Of a stretch of 64,000 nt of DNA, positions 41,615-51,435 are shown in pieces. The notes beneath the pieces are model-generated. The model saw nothing but the letters and a program-made list of their open reading frames with translations. It was not told the DNA's origin and did no database searches. The DNA comes from Planctomycetota bacterium (lineage in GTDB: Bacteria; Planctomycetota; UBA8108; SXIK01). The position numbers and the translations under genes are program-made. The DNA is taken from positions 7,805,200 through 7,869,199 of the forward strand of contig CBDCXR010000004.1 in the NCBI GenBank assembly GCA_965223845.1. Reading direction: 5' to 3'. Position 1 is the first letter of the stretch; the number at the start of each line of letters is the position of its first letter.

Positions 41615-42829
41615 ATGATCCACGACAAGACCCGAGAGCTCATCACGCGCCCCGACGGGCGAAAGATCATTTTTCTCGTCGCGGACGGACTCGGCGGACT
41701 GCCGCACCGAGAGACCGGCCTCACCGAGCTCGAGACGGCGACGCTGCCGAATCTCGATCGCCTGGCGAGTGCTTCATCGGTGGGGCGGATGCAGGTGGTC
41801 GATCCCGGGGTGACGCCGGGAAGCGGCCCGGCCCACCTCTCCCTCTTCGGCTATCACCCCTACGCGGTCGAATTTGGGCGCGGAGCCCTCGAGGCGCTCG
41901 GGAGCGAGTTCGACCTCCGAACCGACGACGTCGCCGCGCGCGCGAACTACGCGACGATCGACGCCGATGGACTCGTACAAGATCGGCGTGCCGGCCGTCC
42001 TTCCGACGAGGAGAATCGCCGGCTCTGCGGGAAGCTGAGCGAGGCGTTCGCGGGTGGTCTCGAAGGCTGCGAGGTGCACATCTTGCCGGGTAAGGAACAC
42101 CGCTTCACGGTCGTGTTTCGCGGCGACGGTCTCCACGCGGCGCTGAACGATAACGACCCCCAGCGCGAGGGACGACCTCTCGTCCCGATCACGCCGCAAG
42201 ATCCCCGGGCGGAGAAGACGGCGATGCTCGTGCAGGATTTTCTCGCGCGTGCGCGAGACGTCCTCGCCGACGAGACCGCCGCGACCGGGATGCTCCTCCG
42301 AGGGTTCTCCGGTCTTCCGGACGTCGTTCCGTTCGAGGAGCGCTACGGACTTCGCGCCGGCGCCATCGCGGCGTATCCGATGTACCGCGGGGTCGCCCGA
42401 ATGGTCGGGATGACCGTGCTCGGACAGCCGAAGGACTTCGGGGAGGAGGTGGCACTCCTCGAAGAAACCTTCGGCGAGTACGATTTTTTCTACATCCACT
42501 ACAAGGGAACGGATACCGCGGGTCACTCCGGACAGTTCGACGAGAAGGTTCGGCATCTCGAGATCGTGGACGGTTTCATTCCGCGCCTGCTCGAGCTCGG
42601 TCCCGAAGTGCTCGTCGTCACGGGAGATCATTCGACGCCGTGTATCCACATGGAGCACAGCTGGCATCCCGTCCCTACGTGTATCCACTCGCCGCTCGCG
42701 CTCCCCAGTGGATCGATCGGGTTTGACGAACGTCAGACCATGGGGGGCGATCTCGGTGTGTTCCCCGCGACGCATCTCATGCCGCTTGCGCTCGCGCACG
42801 CTTCGCGGTTCGACAAGTTCGGGGCGTGA
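41615..42829 (+). CDS. apgM: 2,3-bisphosphoglycerate-independent phosphoglycerate mutase, ApgM type
   Basis: VADGLGG, TPGSGPAHLSLFGY, GRGALEALG, TDTAGH, TGDHSTP, HSWHPVP. Confidence 0.9.
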   Translation: MIHDKTRELITRPDGRKIIFLVADGLGGLPHRETGLTELETATLPNLDRLASASSVGRMQVVDPGVTPGSGPAHLSLFGYHPYAVEFGRGALEALGSEFDLRTDDVAARANYATIDADGLVQDRRAGRPSDEENRRLCGKLSEAFAGGLEGCEVHILPGKEHRFTVVFRGDGLHAALNDNDPQREGRPLVPITPQDPRAEKTAMLVQDFLARARDVLADETAATGMLLRGFSGLPDVVPFEERYGLRAGAIAAYPMYRGVARMVGMTVLGQPKDFGEEVALLEETFGEYDFFYIHYKGTDTAGHSGQFDEKVRHLEIVDGFIPRLLELGPEVLVVTGDHSTPCIHMEHSWHPVPTCIHSPLALPSGSIGFDERQTMGGDLGVFPATHLMPLALAHASRFDKFGA

Positions 42830-42867
42830 GACGAGCGACCGCGCGGATCTGATTCGCCGGGAGTCTC

Positions 42868-43926
42868 ATGGACGTCAGCGTCATCGTCACCACGTTCGAG
42901 CGTCCGCGACACCTCGCCCGCTCGCTCGAAGGGCTCCTTCGACAGACGGAGGCCGGCCGCTTCGAGGTCATCGTTGCAGACGACGGCTCGACCGATGAAA
43001 CGGCGGACGTCGTTGAGGAATACCGAGATCGATTCGATCCGCCGCTCAAGTCGGTCCGACAGGAGCACGAAGGATACCGTTTGGCGCGGCTCCGAAATCT
43101 CGGCGCGAGAGAGGCGATCACGTCGCGATTCGTGTTTCTCGACGGGGACTGCGTCCCCGGGGACCGGTTCGTCGCGGCGCATCGTGCGGCCGGACGGCGC
43201 GGCGACTTCGCCGTCGGTGCGCGTCACAACCTAGACGCAAAACAGACGGAAGCTGTGACTCCGGAGAGCATCCGCGCGCGGGGGGGGCGAGGGCTCATCG
43301 GTCGAGCCGGACGTCGTCACCTGTGGCTGCGCGCAGTGTCGAACCGGGTGTACTCGATCACGGGGCTCAAGGATCGCCCGAAGATCATCGGCGCGAACTT
43401 CGGCGTGTCGCGCGAGCTTTGGTTGAGAGTCAACGGCTTCGATGAGCGCTACGTCGGCTGGGGATATGAAGACGAAGACTTCGCGCGCCGACTCCGATCC
43501 GTCGGAGCGAGGAAGATCGACGTCACCGCGACCGCACGCGTCGCCCATCTCTGGCATCCGGCGGTACCGTCGTTCAGCGGACGTGCGCGCGACAGTCAGA
43601 ACCGGGTGCGATTCGATCGTGGACCCGTACTCGCTCGCTGCCGGCGCGGCTACGATGCCATCCCGCTCCGCGAAGTCGCGCTGCAGACCTCCATCGCTCC
43701 GCTCGCGGAGCGGTTTCCCCGCGGCCGCATCGACCCGCCGGAAGTGATTCTCTACGCGGCCGGCGAGAGTTCGACGCGCCCGCTGGCGGGCATCCCCTGC
43801 GGGGTTGCACTCCTTCGCGGTGAATCAGCGCCCGACGCCAGTTTCGTCGTCCGCGTCGAAGCGACGAGCTGGTCCGACCCGAATGCCGTTTCGAGCGCGC
43901 TTCGGCAGCTCGATGCGATCCTTTAG
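42868..43926 (+). CDS. Glycosyltransferase family 2 (with GT7C-like motif)
   Basis: VADDGS, FLDGDC, VNGFDERYVGWGYEDED, HLWH. Confidence 0.88.
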   Translation: MDVSVIVTTFERPRHLARSLEGLLRQTEAGRFEVIVADDGSTDETADVVEEYRDRFDPPLKSVRQEHEGYRLARLRNLGAREAITSRFVFLDGDCVPGDRFVAAHRAAGRRGDFAVGARHNLDAKQTEAVTPESIRARGGRGLIGRAGRRHLWLRAVSNRVYSITGLKDRPKIIGANFGVSRELWLRVNGFDERYVGWGYEDEDFARRLRSVGARKIDVTATARVAHLWHPAVPSFSGRARDSQNRVRFDRGPVLARCRRGYDAIPLREVALQTSIAPLAERFPRGRIDPPEVILYAAGESSTRPLAGIPCGVALLRGESAPDASFVVRVEATSWSDPNAVSSALRQLDAIL

Positions 43927-43949
43927 CTCGTGACGAGGCGCACCGCAGC

Positions 43950-44996
43950 GTGATCTCCGTCATCCTCTCCACCTACAACCGTCCCGACGCTCTTCGCGTC
44001 GTGCTCGAGAACTACCGGCGGGTCCGCGGCGTCGACTTCGAGGTCGTCGTCGCCGATGACGGGTCGACGTCCGACACCGCGGAGGTCGTGCGCGCGGCGG
44101 CGAGTAGCGCGTCGTTTCGTATCCATCACGCTTTTCAGGAGGATCGAGGATTTCGCTTGGCGGCCGCGAGGAATCTCGCCGTGCGCGCTGCTTCCGGTAC
44201 GATTCTCGTGTTCACCGACGGTGACTGCGTGCCGCTTCCGAATACGCTCACGGCACACGCCGAGCGGTGTGCCGCAGGCCGTGCACACTCTGGCTACCGG
44301 CTTCTTCTCGATGAGGACGAGACGGAGGACGTGATCTCCGGTCGCGTCGACGCCGGGGAGCTGTCGAGTCGAGCGGAGCGGCGTGAGCGCACGAAGAGGC
44401 GATGGCTCTGGCTCAAGAACCGCTACTACTCGCTCACCCGAACGAAGCCTCGACCCAAGCTCACGACTGCGAACTGCGCCGTCCATCGCGCGGATTTCGA
44501 GCGCGTGAACGGGTTCGACGAGAGTTTTGTCGGCTGGGGGTACGAGGATGAGGATCTCGCGCGTCGTCTGCGCCGCGTGGGAGTACACGTCGCCGACGGA
44601 GCGCTCCGCTCCGCGGTGCTCCACCTCTTCCATCCCGTGCACGTTTCGCATCGCCCGAGTGCGCGCGGTTCGCCGAATGAGGTCTACTTTCGCCGCGGCG
44701 ATTATCTCACTCGGCCGCTCGCCGGCTACGTCGCGCGCCGGACCTCCGAGCTGCGGCTCTCCTACTCGGGGAACTTGCCGGGTTGGCTCGAGCGCGATGC
44801 GGCGGAAGGTCCTCGTGGATCGCCCGAAGTGCTCGTTCACTTCGCTCGCCCGGGAGAGACTACGCCGAGAGCGACGCGCAGAAACGCCGAGATCGTGGTC
44901 TCGGTGCCGGCGAACCACACGCTCGGAGATCGCGGCGAGCTCGAGCGTTGGATCGCTGCCTCTCTGCGGGGACCTGGGGGGCGGCAATCCATCTGA
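43950..44996 (+). CDS. Glycosyltransferase family 2, tandem paralogue
   Basis: STYNRP, VADDGS, FTDGDC, VNGFDESFVGWGYEDED, HLFH. Confidence 0.88.
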   Translation: MISVILSTYNRPDALRVVLENYRRVRGVDFEVVVADDGSTSDTAEVVRAAASSASFRIHHAFQEDRGFRLAAARNLAVRAASGTILVFTDGDCVPLPNTLTAHAERCAAGRAHSGYRLLLDEDETEDVISGRVDAGELSSRAERRERTKRRWLWLKNRYYSLTRTKPRPKLTTANCAVHRADFERVNGFDESFVGWGYEDEDLARRLRRVGVHVADGALRSAVLHLFHPVHVSHRPSARGSPNEVYFRRGDYLTRPLAGYVARRTSELRLSYSGNLPGWLERDAAEGPRGSPEVLVHFARPGETTPRATRRNAEIVVSVPANHTLGDRGELERWIAASLRGPGGRQSI

Positions 44997-45068
44997 GCGG
45001 CTGTTTCAGACTCCGCTCCGGTGATTCGACGAAGTCGACCGAAGCTACGACGGAGTCTGAACTTCCTG

Positions 45069-47054
45069 CTAAGCCGCGCAGGGCGGAAACCGATCGCAGC
45101 CGGTTGCGTCTGGCGTGGGATCGGAGCCGCACGTCTCGAACGGTTCGGGAGGCGCCGACCCAGTCGAGAAGAGATAGAGAAGAAGGTAGATCGGATCGGC
45201 GATGTCGGTCGCTCCGCTATCGTTCGTATCCGTTGCCTTCAGGCATTCGGGATCGCGAGTGCCGGAGAACAGGTAGTCGAGGATGAACAGCGCATCACTG
45301 ATGTCGATCGAGGCATCCGCGTTTGCGTTGCCACGAACGAATCGAGGCGACACGAGTCCTTCGCCGGAGAGTGGAACATCGAGGCTGGGCGTGTCGGGAT
45401 CGTTGCTTTGGAAAGTCAGCGTCCCCGTACGACTGCCACCCGCATCCGGTGAGAACTCGACCTCGACGACGCGACTTTCGCCGGCGGGAATCATCGCCGG
45501 CGGAGCGTCCGTGAGAGAGAAGCTGGATCCGATGTCGTCGAGCTCTACGACGTCGAACAGCAAGCCCGCGGCGCCGGTGTTGGTCAGAGTGAGTGTGTCC
45601 ACGACGGACTCTCCAACGAGCACCTCACCGAATGTCAGCGCACCCGGCTCGACTCCGATGTTCGGCAGTTCGAGTTCCGTACCCTCGCCCGCGAGAGGGA
45701 TCACCACCGGGTTTTGAAGCTCGTCGTTGCTCTCGATCATCACCGCGCCGCTCGCGACTCCCGGATCGGTCGGTACGAACACGGCTGCGAACACGGCGGT
45801 CGCTCCTGGCGCGAGAACGACTCCGTCGAGCTCGGTGTCGAGTGAGAACGCCGCGAACGTGTCCTCGTCGAAGCGGACGCGTTCGATCTCGAGGGCCGCA
45901 CCGCCCGCGTTTCGAATCTGGACTTCCCGTCGATCCTCCGATCCGAGCGTCACTTGTCCGAAATCGATGCGGCTCGGAATCGTCTCTATCCGCGGCAGAA
46001 CGGGATCGGTTCCGGTACCGGAGAGCTCGACGGTCAACTCCGGCGAATCCGGGGCATTCGAGCCGATCACGAGCGAAGCCGAATGCTCGCCCGGTGCGCC
46101 CGGTTCGTACTGAACGTCGAGCTCCACGACGTCCGTCGGCGGCAGCGCGAGCGGAAGTTCGAGCGGCGCGACCGCAAAGTTTCCGTCACCGCCGAAGACT
46201 TCGATCGACGCGACCTCGAGCGTGCTCGAGCCTACGCTCCGCACCTCGACGACGAGCGAGCTCGTCGCGCCCACCGGGACGGAGTCGAACCGGATCTCGG
46301 TGGGGAACACTTCAATGCGTGAGACGGGAGCCGCCTCGCCCGTTCCCGTGACTTCTACCGCGAGCTCGGGCGTCGCGGGATCGTCGCTCGAGAGAATCAC
46401 CGCTCCACTGAGTTCGGCCGCCTCCGACGGCGCGAATCGAATGTCGAGCTCGACCGACGCGCCGGGCGGAATCGACGTCGGGGAGAACGGGCTCGATAGC
46501 GCGAACGCGGAGCTCGACTCCTCGGCGAACGCCGCGTCGGCGACGTCGAGATCGACTGCGCCAGTATTCCCGATGGTGAGCGCCAGCGTCGCTTCTTCGC
46601 CGATCGAAACGAATCCGAACTCGAGTGACTCGGGCTCCACCGAAATCTCTCCCGTCGGCAGTTCGTCGGGAACGCCTGGATTCGTGACGAGCGCGGAATC
46701 GCCCGGCGCCGAATCTCCCGGCGTCCACTCGCCGAGAGGATCCTCCAGCTCGTTACCGTTCGAACGCCCGTCACCATCGGAATCGAGGGCTGCTAGCGCC
46801 GCATCCCAAAACTCATCGCAGCCGCCGATGGAGACGAGCGGTCGCACGTCCTCACCGAACGGCGTCCGAACCCCGCCGCCGTTCGGGTTCTGATGGCAGG
46901 CTCCGCAGCCGACGACGTCACCGTTGGGGATGAGCTCGGGGCGGCAGCGGCGCGCTAACGTCTCCGGCGGGAAGACGGCACTCGTCGCGATCAGCGTCAG
47001 AAAAACAAGGGTCGATTTCCACCTGCCCCCGATATCGAAGCTGCGAGTTCGCAT
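45069..47054 (-). CDS. Secreted protein: temptin-like CxxCH domain, four choice-of-anchor-D (ASH/Ig-like) repeats, dockerin-like C-terminus
   Basis: Signal peptide; IPNG..CGACH..PFGED..DSDGDGRSNGNELEDP; four FG.V..G...N.G...L repeats; FVRGNANAD...DTNDSG tail. Confidence 0.75.
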   Translation of the reverse strand: MRTRSFDIGGRWKSTLVFLTLIATSAVFPPETLARRCRPELIPNGDVVGCGACHQNPNGGGVRTPFGEDVRPLVSIGGCDEFWDAALAALDSDGDGRSNGNELEDPLGEWTPGDSAPGDSALVTNPGVPDELPTGEISVEPESLEFGFVSIGEEATLALTIGNTGAVDLDVADAAFAEESSSAFALSSPFSPTSIPPGASVELDIRFAPSEAAELSGAVILSSDDPATPELAVEVTGTGEAAPVSRIEVFPTEIRFDSVPVGATSSLVVEVRSVGSSTLEVASIEVFGGDGNFAVAPLELPLALPPTDVVELDVQYEPGAPGEHSASLVIGSNAPDSPELTVELSGTGTDPVLPRIETIPSRIDFGQVTLGSEDRREVQIRNAGGAALEIERVRFDEDTFAAFSLDTELDGVVLAPGATAVFAAVFVPTDPGVASGAVMIESNDELQNPVVIPLAGEGTELELPNIGVEPGALTFGEVLVGESVVDTLTLTNTGAAGLLFDVVELDDIGSSFSLTDAPPAMIPAGESRVVEVEFSPDAGGSRTGTLTFQSNDPDTPSLDVPLSGEGLVSPRFVRGNANADASIDISDALFILDYLFSGTRDPECLKATDTNDSGATDIADPIYLLLYLFSTGSAPPEPFETCGSDPTPDATGCDRFPPCAA

Positions 47055-47239
47055 CGATCGGATTCTCGGTCGTATCGTGGTTGGTTCGGGAGGGGCTGCG
47101 TTCGCGGCCGGGTGGTCCATTCTACCGCCCGAGCGACGTTCCCCGAGCGATGACCTGTCCCGGAGAAACTCGGGCGAGAGTGCTGCGGACGGCGTCGCCC
47201 CGGGGTACCTCGTCTCCGCGACTGCGGTACACTGTTCTC

Positions 47240-48085
47240 ATGATGCTCTCGCTCTCCGTCCGCATCGCGGAATCCTTTCACTCGAAGACGACGAGCGAAA
47301 TGTCGATCGATGAGATCGCCGACCTCGCCGCCTCGCTCGGATACTCGGCGATCTGCATGCGCGCGTCGCAAGCGGGCGTCCACAGTCCGCCGGAAGTCGT
47401 CGCAAGCGCGCGCGAGGCGGTCGATCGACGCGGGCTCCGCGTTTCGATGGTGACGGGAGATTTCGCCGTGCCGGAGAACGGCTCCGCAGGCCCTTCCAGT
47501 CTTCGCTCCATCACTCCCTACCTCGATCTGGCCGAGGAGTTCGGCGCGGACCTCATTCGCGTCTGTATGAAAGATGAAGAAGACATCACGTACGCGCGCG
47601 CTGCCGCCGACGAAGCGCGGGAGCGCGGGATCCGTCTCGCGCACCAGTCCCACTTTGCGAGCCTTTTCGAAACGGTCGCGGGAAGTCGAGAGACGCTCGC
47701 GGCGATCGGACGCGACAACTTCGGTCTCATCTACGAGCCCGCGAATTGGTTCATCTGCGGTGAGGACTATCTCGAAGGAATCCGCGCGCTCGCCCCGCAC
47801 ATCTTCAACGTGTACGTGCAGAACCACCGCGTGCGGACCGGCGGATCGGGCGACGACTCCGTCGAGACGTGGACGCGCGGACGGGTCGAGCTCGATCATA
47901 TCGGCGTCTGGGAGACCGGCGGAGTCGACGTCGAGGCGGTCTTCCGCGAGCTAGCGGGGATCGGGTACGCGAGCTGGGTTACCGTTCATCAGGCCTTCGC
48001 CGGTGTGATGGCTCCGGCGGAAGCGGCGCGGCGCTCGTACGAGTATCTGCGTCCGCTCGCCGCGAGGCCGTTGCCCGAAGTCTGA
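47240..48085 (+). CDS. Sugar phosphate isomerase/epimerase (xylose isomerase-like TIM barrel)
   Basis: DLAEEFGADLIRV, NFGLIYEPAN, HIFNVYVQN, GYASWVTV pattern. Confidence 0.8.
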   Translation: MMLSLSVRIAESFHSKTTSEMSIDEIADLAASLGYSAICMRASQAGVHSPPEVVASAREAVDRRGLRVSMVTGDFAVPENGSAGPSSLRSITPYLDLAEEFGADLIRVCMKDEEDITYARAAADEARERGIRLAHQSHFASLFETVAGSRETLAAIGRDNFGLIYEPANWFICGEDYLEGIRALAPHIFNVYVQNHRVRTGGSGDDSVETWTRGRVELDHIGVWETGGVDVEAVFRELAGIGYASWVTVHQAFAGVMAPAEAARRSYEYLRPLAARPLPEV

Positions 48086-48101
48086 TTGCGTCGCGTCGAA
48101 A

Positions 48102-49598
48102 TCAGCTCTCGTCGATCGCGTCGAGTTTGGCATCGAGGCGCTTCTTGAGCGCAGCAACCGTGCCGGCGTGATCTGGGTCTCGGGCGAGATTCGTAAACTG
48201 TCCGGGATCGACCTTCATGTCGTAGAGCTCCGACGAGCCGTCTGCGTACGCGAGGAACGCCCACCTCTCGGTCCGGAGAAGATGGTCCTTCCGGCGAAGA
48301 CAGTAGATTTCGTCCTGTACGCGCGCGGACGGATCGTCGATGACCTTCACGAGGCTGCGCCCCTGAACGTGCGGGGGAACGGAGAGCCCGCAGAGCTCGG
48401 CCAGCGTCGGATAGATGTCGATCTGCTGGGTGAGAGCCTCCGTCGTCGCCGCCTTCTTCCCCGGCGCCGCGATGACGAGTGGGATGCGCGTCGATTCTTC
48501 GTGGAGACTCATCTTCTGCCAGAAATCGTGCTCGCCGAGGTGGTAGCCGTGATCGGCGGTGAACACGACGACGGTGTTTTTCCAAAGATCGAGTCGATCG
48601 AGAGCTAGGAGGATCTTTCCCACCTGCGCGTCCATGTACGTGACGGACGCGTAGTACGCCTCGAGAACGCGCTGCTCCTTCGCGCGATCGCCCTCGAGTC
48701 CGATCTGCCGGGAGTTCTTCGAGATCCCGGCCCGCGGAATGTCATCCCAGTCGCTCTCTACGCGTTTTGCGGTGCGCATCGATTCTGCGGGATACGGATC
48801 GAAGAACGACGCCGGCGCAACGAGTGGCACGTGTGGGCGGACGAGGCCGACCGCGAGGAAAAACGGCTTTCCGGCGCGCGTCTCGAGCAGCTCGACGGCT
48901 TTCGCGGCTGCCTTGTGGTCTGCTTGCTCGGCGCCGTCGCTCGCGCCGCGAACGACGTAGAACGCGCCGCCGAAGCCGAGGTTGTAGTGCTTGTCGGGAT
49001 CGCGACGGAGCTTCTCGCGCGTGAGGTGCTCGTGCTCGCCCTCCGTCATCCATTCGGGCGCCTGGCAGTTGAAGCGTTCGGTCCACGACGCGGCGTGATC
49101 GGGACCGTCGACTCCGGCCGTGATGTCGCCGGGTACGCGCATGTGGTAGATCTTGCTCACGCGCGCGGCGTAGTAGCCGTGATCGCGAAAGTGCTGCGAC
49201 ATCGACGGCCGCGCCCCGAGGTTCGCCGTAAAGCGTCCCGACATCCCGTTCGACGTAACTCCGATCGCTTGCGCGTACATGCCGGACATCAACGCGGCGC
49301 GCGACGGACCGCAGACGGGGTATTGGGTGTACGCGCGCGTAAAGCGCACGCCGCGCCGCGCGAGGCGGTCGATATTCGGCGTGCGGCACTGCGTGTTGCC
49401 GTAGCAGGCGAGCGACTGCGCACCAAGATCGTCAGAAATGATGAAGACGACGTTTCGGCGCGACTCGCCGCCGGCCTCGGAGTCGGCACGAGCGATCGCG
49501 GAGTGGAGCGATGCGATGAGGACGAAGCCGAGCGCGGGAGTGCTTGTTCCGCAGATCCGCCAGTGTGTCGATCGTGTGGATGGAGAGCAGACGTTCAT
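48102..49598 (-). CDS. Sulfatase (S1, iduronate-2-sulfatase-like)
   Basis: NVVFIISDDL, TPNIDRLA, CGPSRAALMSG (CxPxR), RPHVP, DHGYHLGEH. Confidence 0.92.
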   Translation of the reverse strand: MNVCSPSTRSTHWRICGTSTPALGFVLIASLHSAIARADSEAGGESRRNVVFIISDDLGAQSLACYGNTQCRTPNIDRLARRGVRFTRAYTQYPVCGPSRAALMSGMYAQAIGVTSNGMSGRFTANLGARPSMSQHFRDHGYYAARVSKIYHMRVPGDITAGVDGPDHAASWTERFNCQAPEWMTEGEHEHLTREKLRRDPDKHYNLGFGGAFYVVRGASDGAEQADHKAAAKAVELLETRAGKPFFLAVGLVRPHVPLVAPASFFDPYPAESMRTAKRVESDWDDIPRAGISKNSRQIGLEGDRAKEQRVLEAYYASVTYMDAQVGKILLALDRLDLWKNTVVVFTADHGYHLGEHDFWQKMSLHEESTRIPLVIAAPGKKAATTEALTQQIDIYPTLAELCGLSVPPHVQGRSLVKVIDDPSARVQDEIYCLRRKDHLLRTERWAFLAYADGSSELYDMKVDPGQFTNLARDPDHAGTVAALKKRLDAKLDAIDES

Positions 49599-49848
49599 CG
49601 TCGGAGAGCCGCAGAGTGGGGTGTGATCGAGTCGGACTCCAGTCGGCGACTCGCCGCGTCCTACCGCGCGAATAGAGAGAAGAGACTGCGGAGCCTCGTC
49701 TGCGAATTCTACCGGGATGAGCTCGAGAGGCTGCCGTCCGATTGTCGATTCGGATCGATCGACCGGCGCCCGCGACGCGCTCCAGTCGTACGGTGCTCGT
49801 TGCCGCGGGACCCCGGCTTCTCGCTTCGCGCTCGTTTCCGAGCGCGTA

Positions 49849-51435
49849 TCAGGGCGCGAACCACACCCGGAGGAGCTCGATCCACTCGTCGAACAGGCGA
49901 ACGGCTTCAGGGTCTCGCCGAACTGGAGAGAGGACGTGGACGCCTTCGGCGCTGCCTCCGGCCGCGTAGTAGCCGTACGCACCGCCGCCGAGCGCGATGT
50001 AGCCGGCGGATCCGCCGCCACAGGCGAGGGCGCCGATCGCCGCTCCCCCGAAGGCAACTCCTCCCAAGGCGAAGCCCCCGAGCGCGAGAAGTAGACCGAT
50101 GCTGCAACCACCGAACGTGATTCCGCCGATCGACAATCCCCCGAAGGCGATTCCTCCGATCGCGACATTTCCCATCGCGATCCAGCCTTTGGCTACGCGT
50201 GGCTGGCCGGTCGGTGTGATCCCGCGGTTGATGTGAACGAGCGGCAAGCCGAGGAACTCGCGGCTCGAGCGGTACTCGTACCCGAGCGGCGAGCGGTGCA
50301 CGCGAGCCGCGCGCGCCCCCCGCCGGGTTCTCGCGGTCACGCGATCACCGGCGGCGAGACGATCGAGATCCTCGGCGAGCTCCTCGGCGTTCTCGTAGCG
50401 CAGATCTGGCTCCTTCGCCATCGCCTTCTCGACCACGGCAGACGCATCCCGGCTCGCTGTGGACAGGCTCCGGAGAGACGGCACCGGCTCGTGGCGGATC
50501 GCGTCGAACACCGCCCACATCGAATCGCCGTCGAACGGCCGGCGGCCGGCGAGCGCTTCGAAGAGCGTGACGCCGAGACTGTAGATGTCGCTTCTCGAAT
50601 CGACCGGACTTTGGCTCTGAGCGACCTGTTCGGGAGACATGTAGTACGGAGTGCCGAGGATCTCTCCCGTCATCGAAAGCGCGAGCTCCGCATTGTCCTT
50701 CGCGAGCCCGAAGTCGGTCACGACGGCGCGACCATCGGAGTGAACGAGGATGTTCGAAGGCTTGAGATCGCGGTGGACGATGCCGAGCGCGTGTGCCGCT
50801 CCGAGCGCGCGGGCGACATCGCCGAGAAGGCGCGATAGCGCCTGTTCGTAGGTGTCCCCCGGACGAGCGACCGCTCTGGACTCACAGGCGCTCGCGAGCG
50901 TTTCGGCGGTCCGATCGCGCGCCGGCGGTAGTCGATCGAACACCTCCGCGAGGTTCGGTCCGTCGACGAGCTCCATCGCGATGAAGTGATGACCCGCGAT
51001 CTCACCCACGGCGTAGATCTGAAGAATGTTTCCGTGTCGAACTTTCGCGACGGCCAGCGCTTCCCGGCGAAAGCGATCGACGTGGCGGCGATCGACGGCG
51101 AGCGCCGGGCGAAGCACTTTGAGTGCGACCGGACGCCGGAGCTCGACCTCCTCCGCGAGATAGACGATCGCCATTCCGCCGCTACCGAGAACGCTCTCGA
51201 TCCGGTACGCGCCGAGCGTATCGCCTGGGCCGAGCGGTGCGGGTGGGCCGCTCGCGGGGGACGCGAGTCCCGCGTCGACCATCTCGAGGCAGCGCGCGAG
51301 AGTTTCGCGATGCTCGGGTGGAACTTGCTCCAGGTAGTCCTGGACGCGAGGCGAAGCGCCGGCGGAAGCGAGGTCGGAGTACTCCGCGACCAGGCTGTCG
51401 ATGAGGTCGTCGAGAGATCTTCGGTGCGTGCTCAT
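49849..51435 (-). CDS. Ser/Thr protein kinase with C-terminal Gly-rich membrane domain
   Basis: LGSGGMAIVY, HRDLKPSN, DFGLAK, GTPYYMSPEQ; YEYRS..GLPLVHI + Gly-rich helices; ATGA overlap with the ECF sigma. Confidence 0.92.
   Translation of the reverse strand: MSTHRRSLDDLIDSLVAEYSDLASAGASPRVQDYLEQVPPEHRETLARCLEMVDAGLASPASGPPAPLGPGDTLGAYRIESVLGSGGMAIVYLAEEVELRRPVALKVLRPALAVDRRHVDRFRREALAVAKVRHGNILQIYAVGEIAGHHFIAMELVDGPNLAEVFDRLPPARDRTAETLASACESRAVARPGDTYEQALSRLLGDVARALGAAHALGIVHRDLKPSNILVHSDGRAVVTDFGLAKDNAELALSMTGEILGTPYYMSPEQVAQSQSPVDSRSDIYSLGVTLFEALAGRRPFDGDSMWAVFDAIRHEPVPSLRSLSTASRDASAVVEKAMAKEPDLRYENAEELAEDLDRLAAGDRVTARTRRGARAARVHRSPLGYEYRSSREFLGLPLVHINRGITPTGQPRVAKGWIAMGNVAIGGIAFGGLSIGGITFGGCSIGLLLALGGFALGGVAFGGAAIGALACGGGSAGYIALGGGAYGYYAAGGSAEGVHVLSPVRRDPEAVRLFDEWIELLRVWFAP

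Noticed and set aside
45350-46660. Repeated segments suggesting a DNA repeat array or CRISPR
   Set aside because: Divergent protein-domain repeats (choice-of-anchor D); no identical direct repeats with spacers
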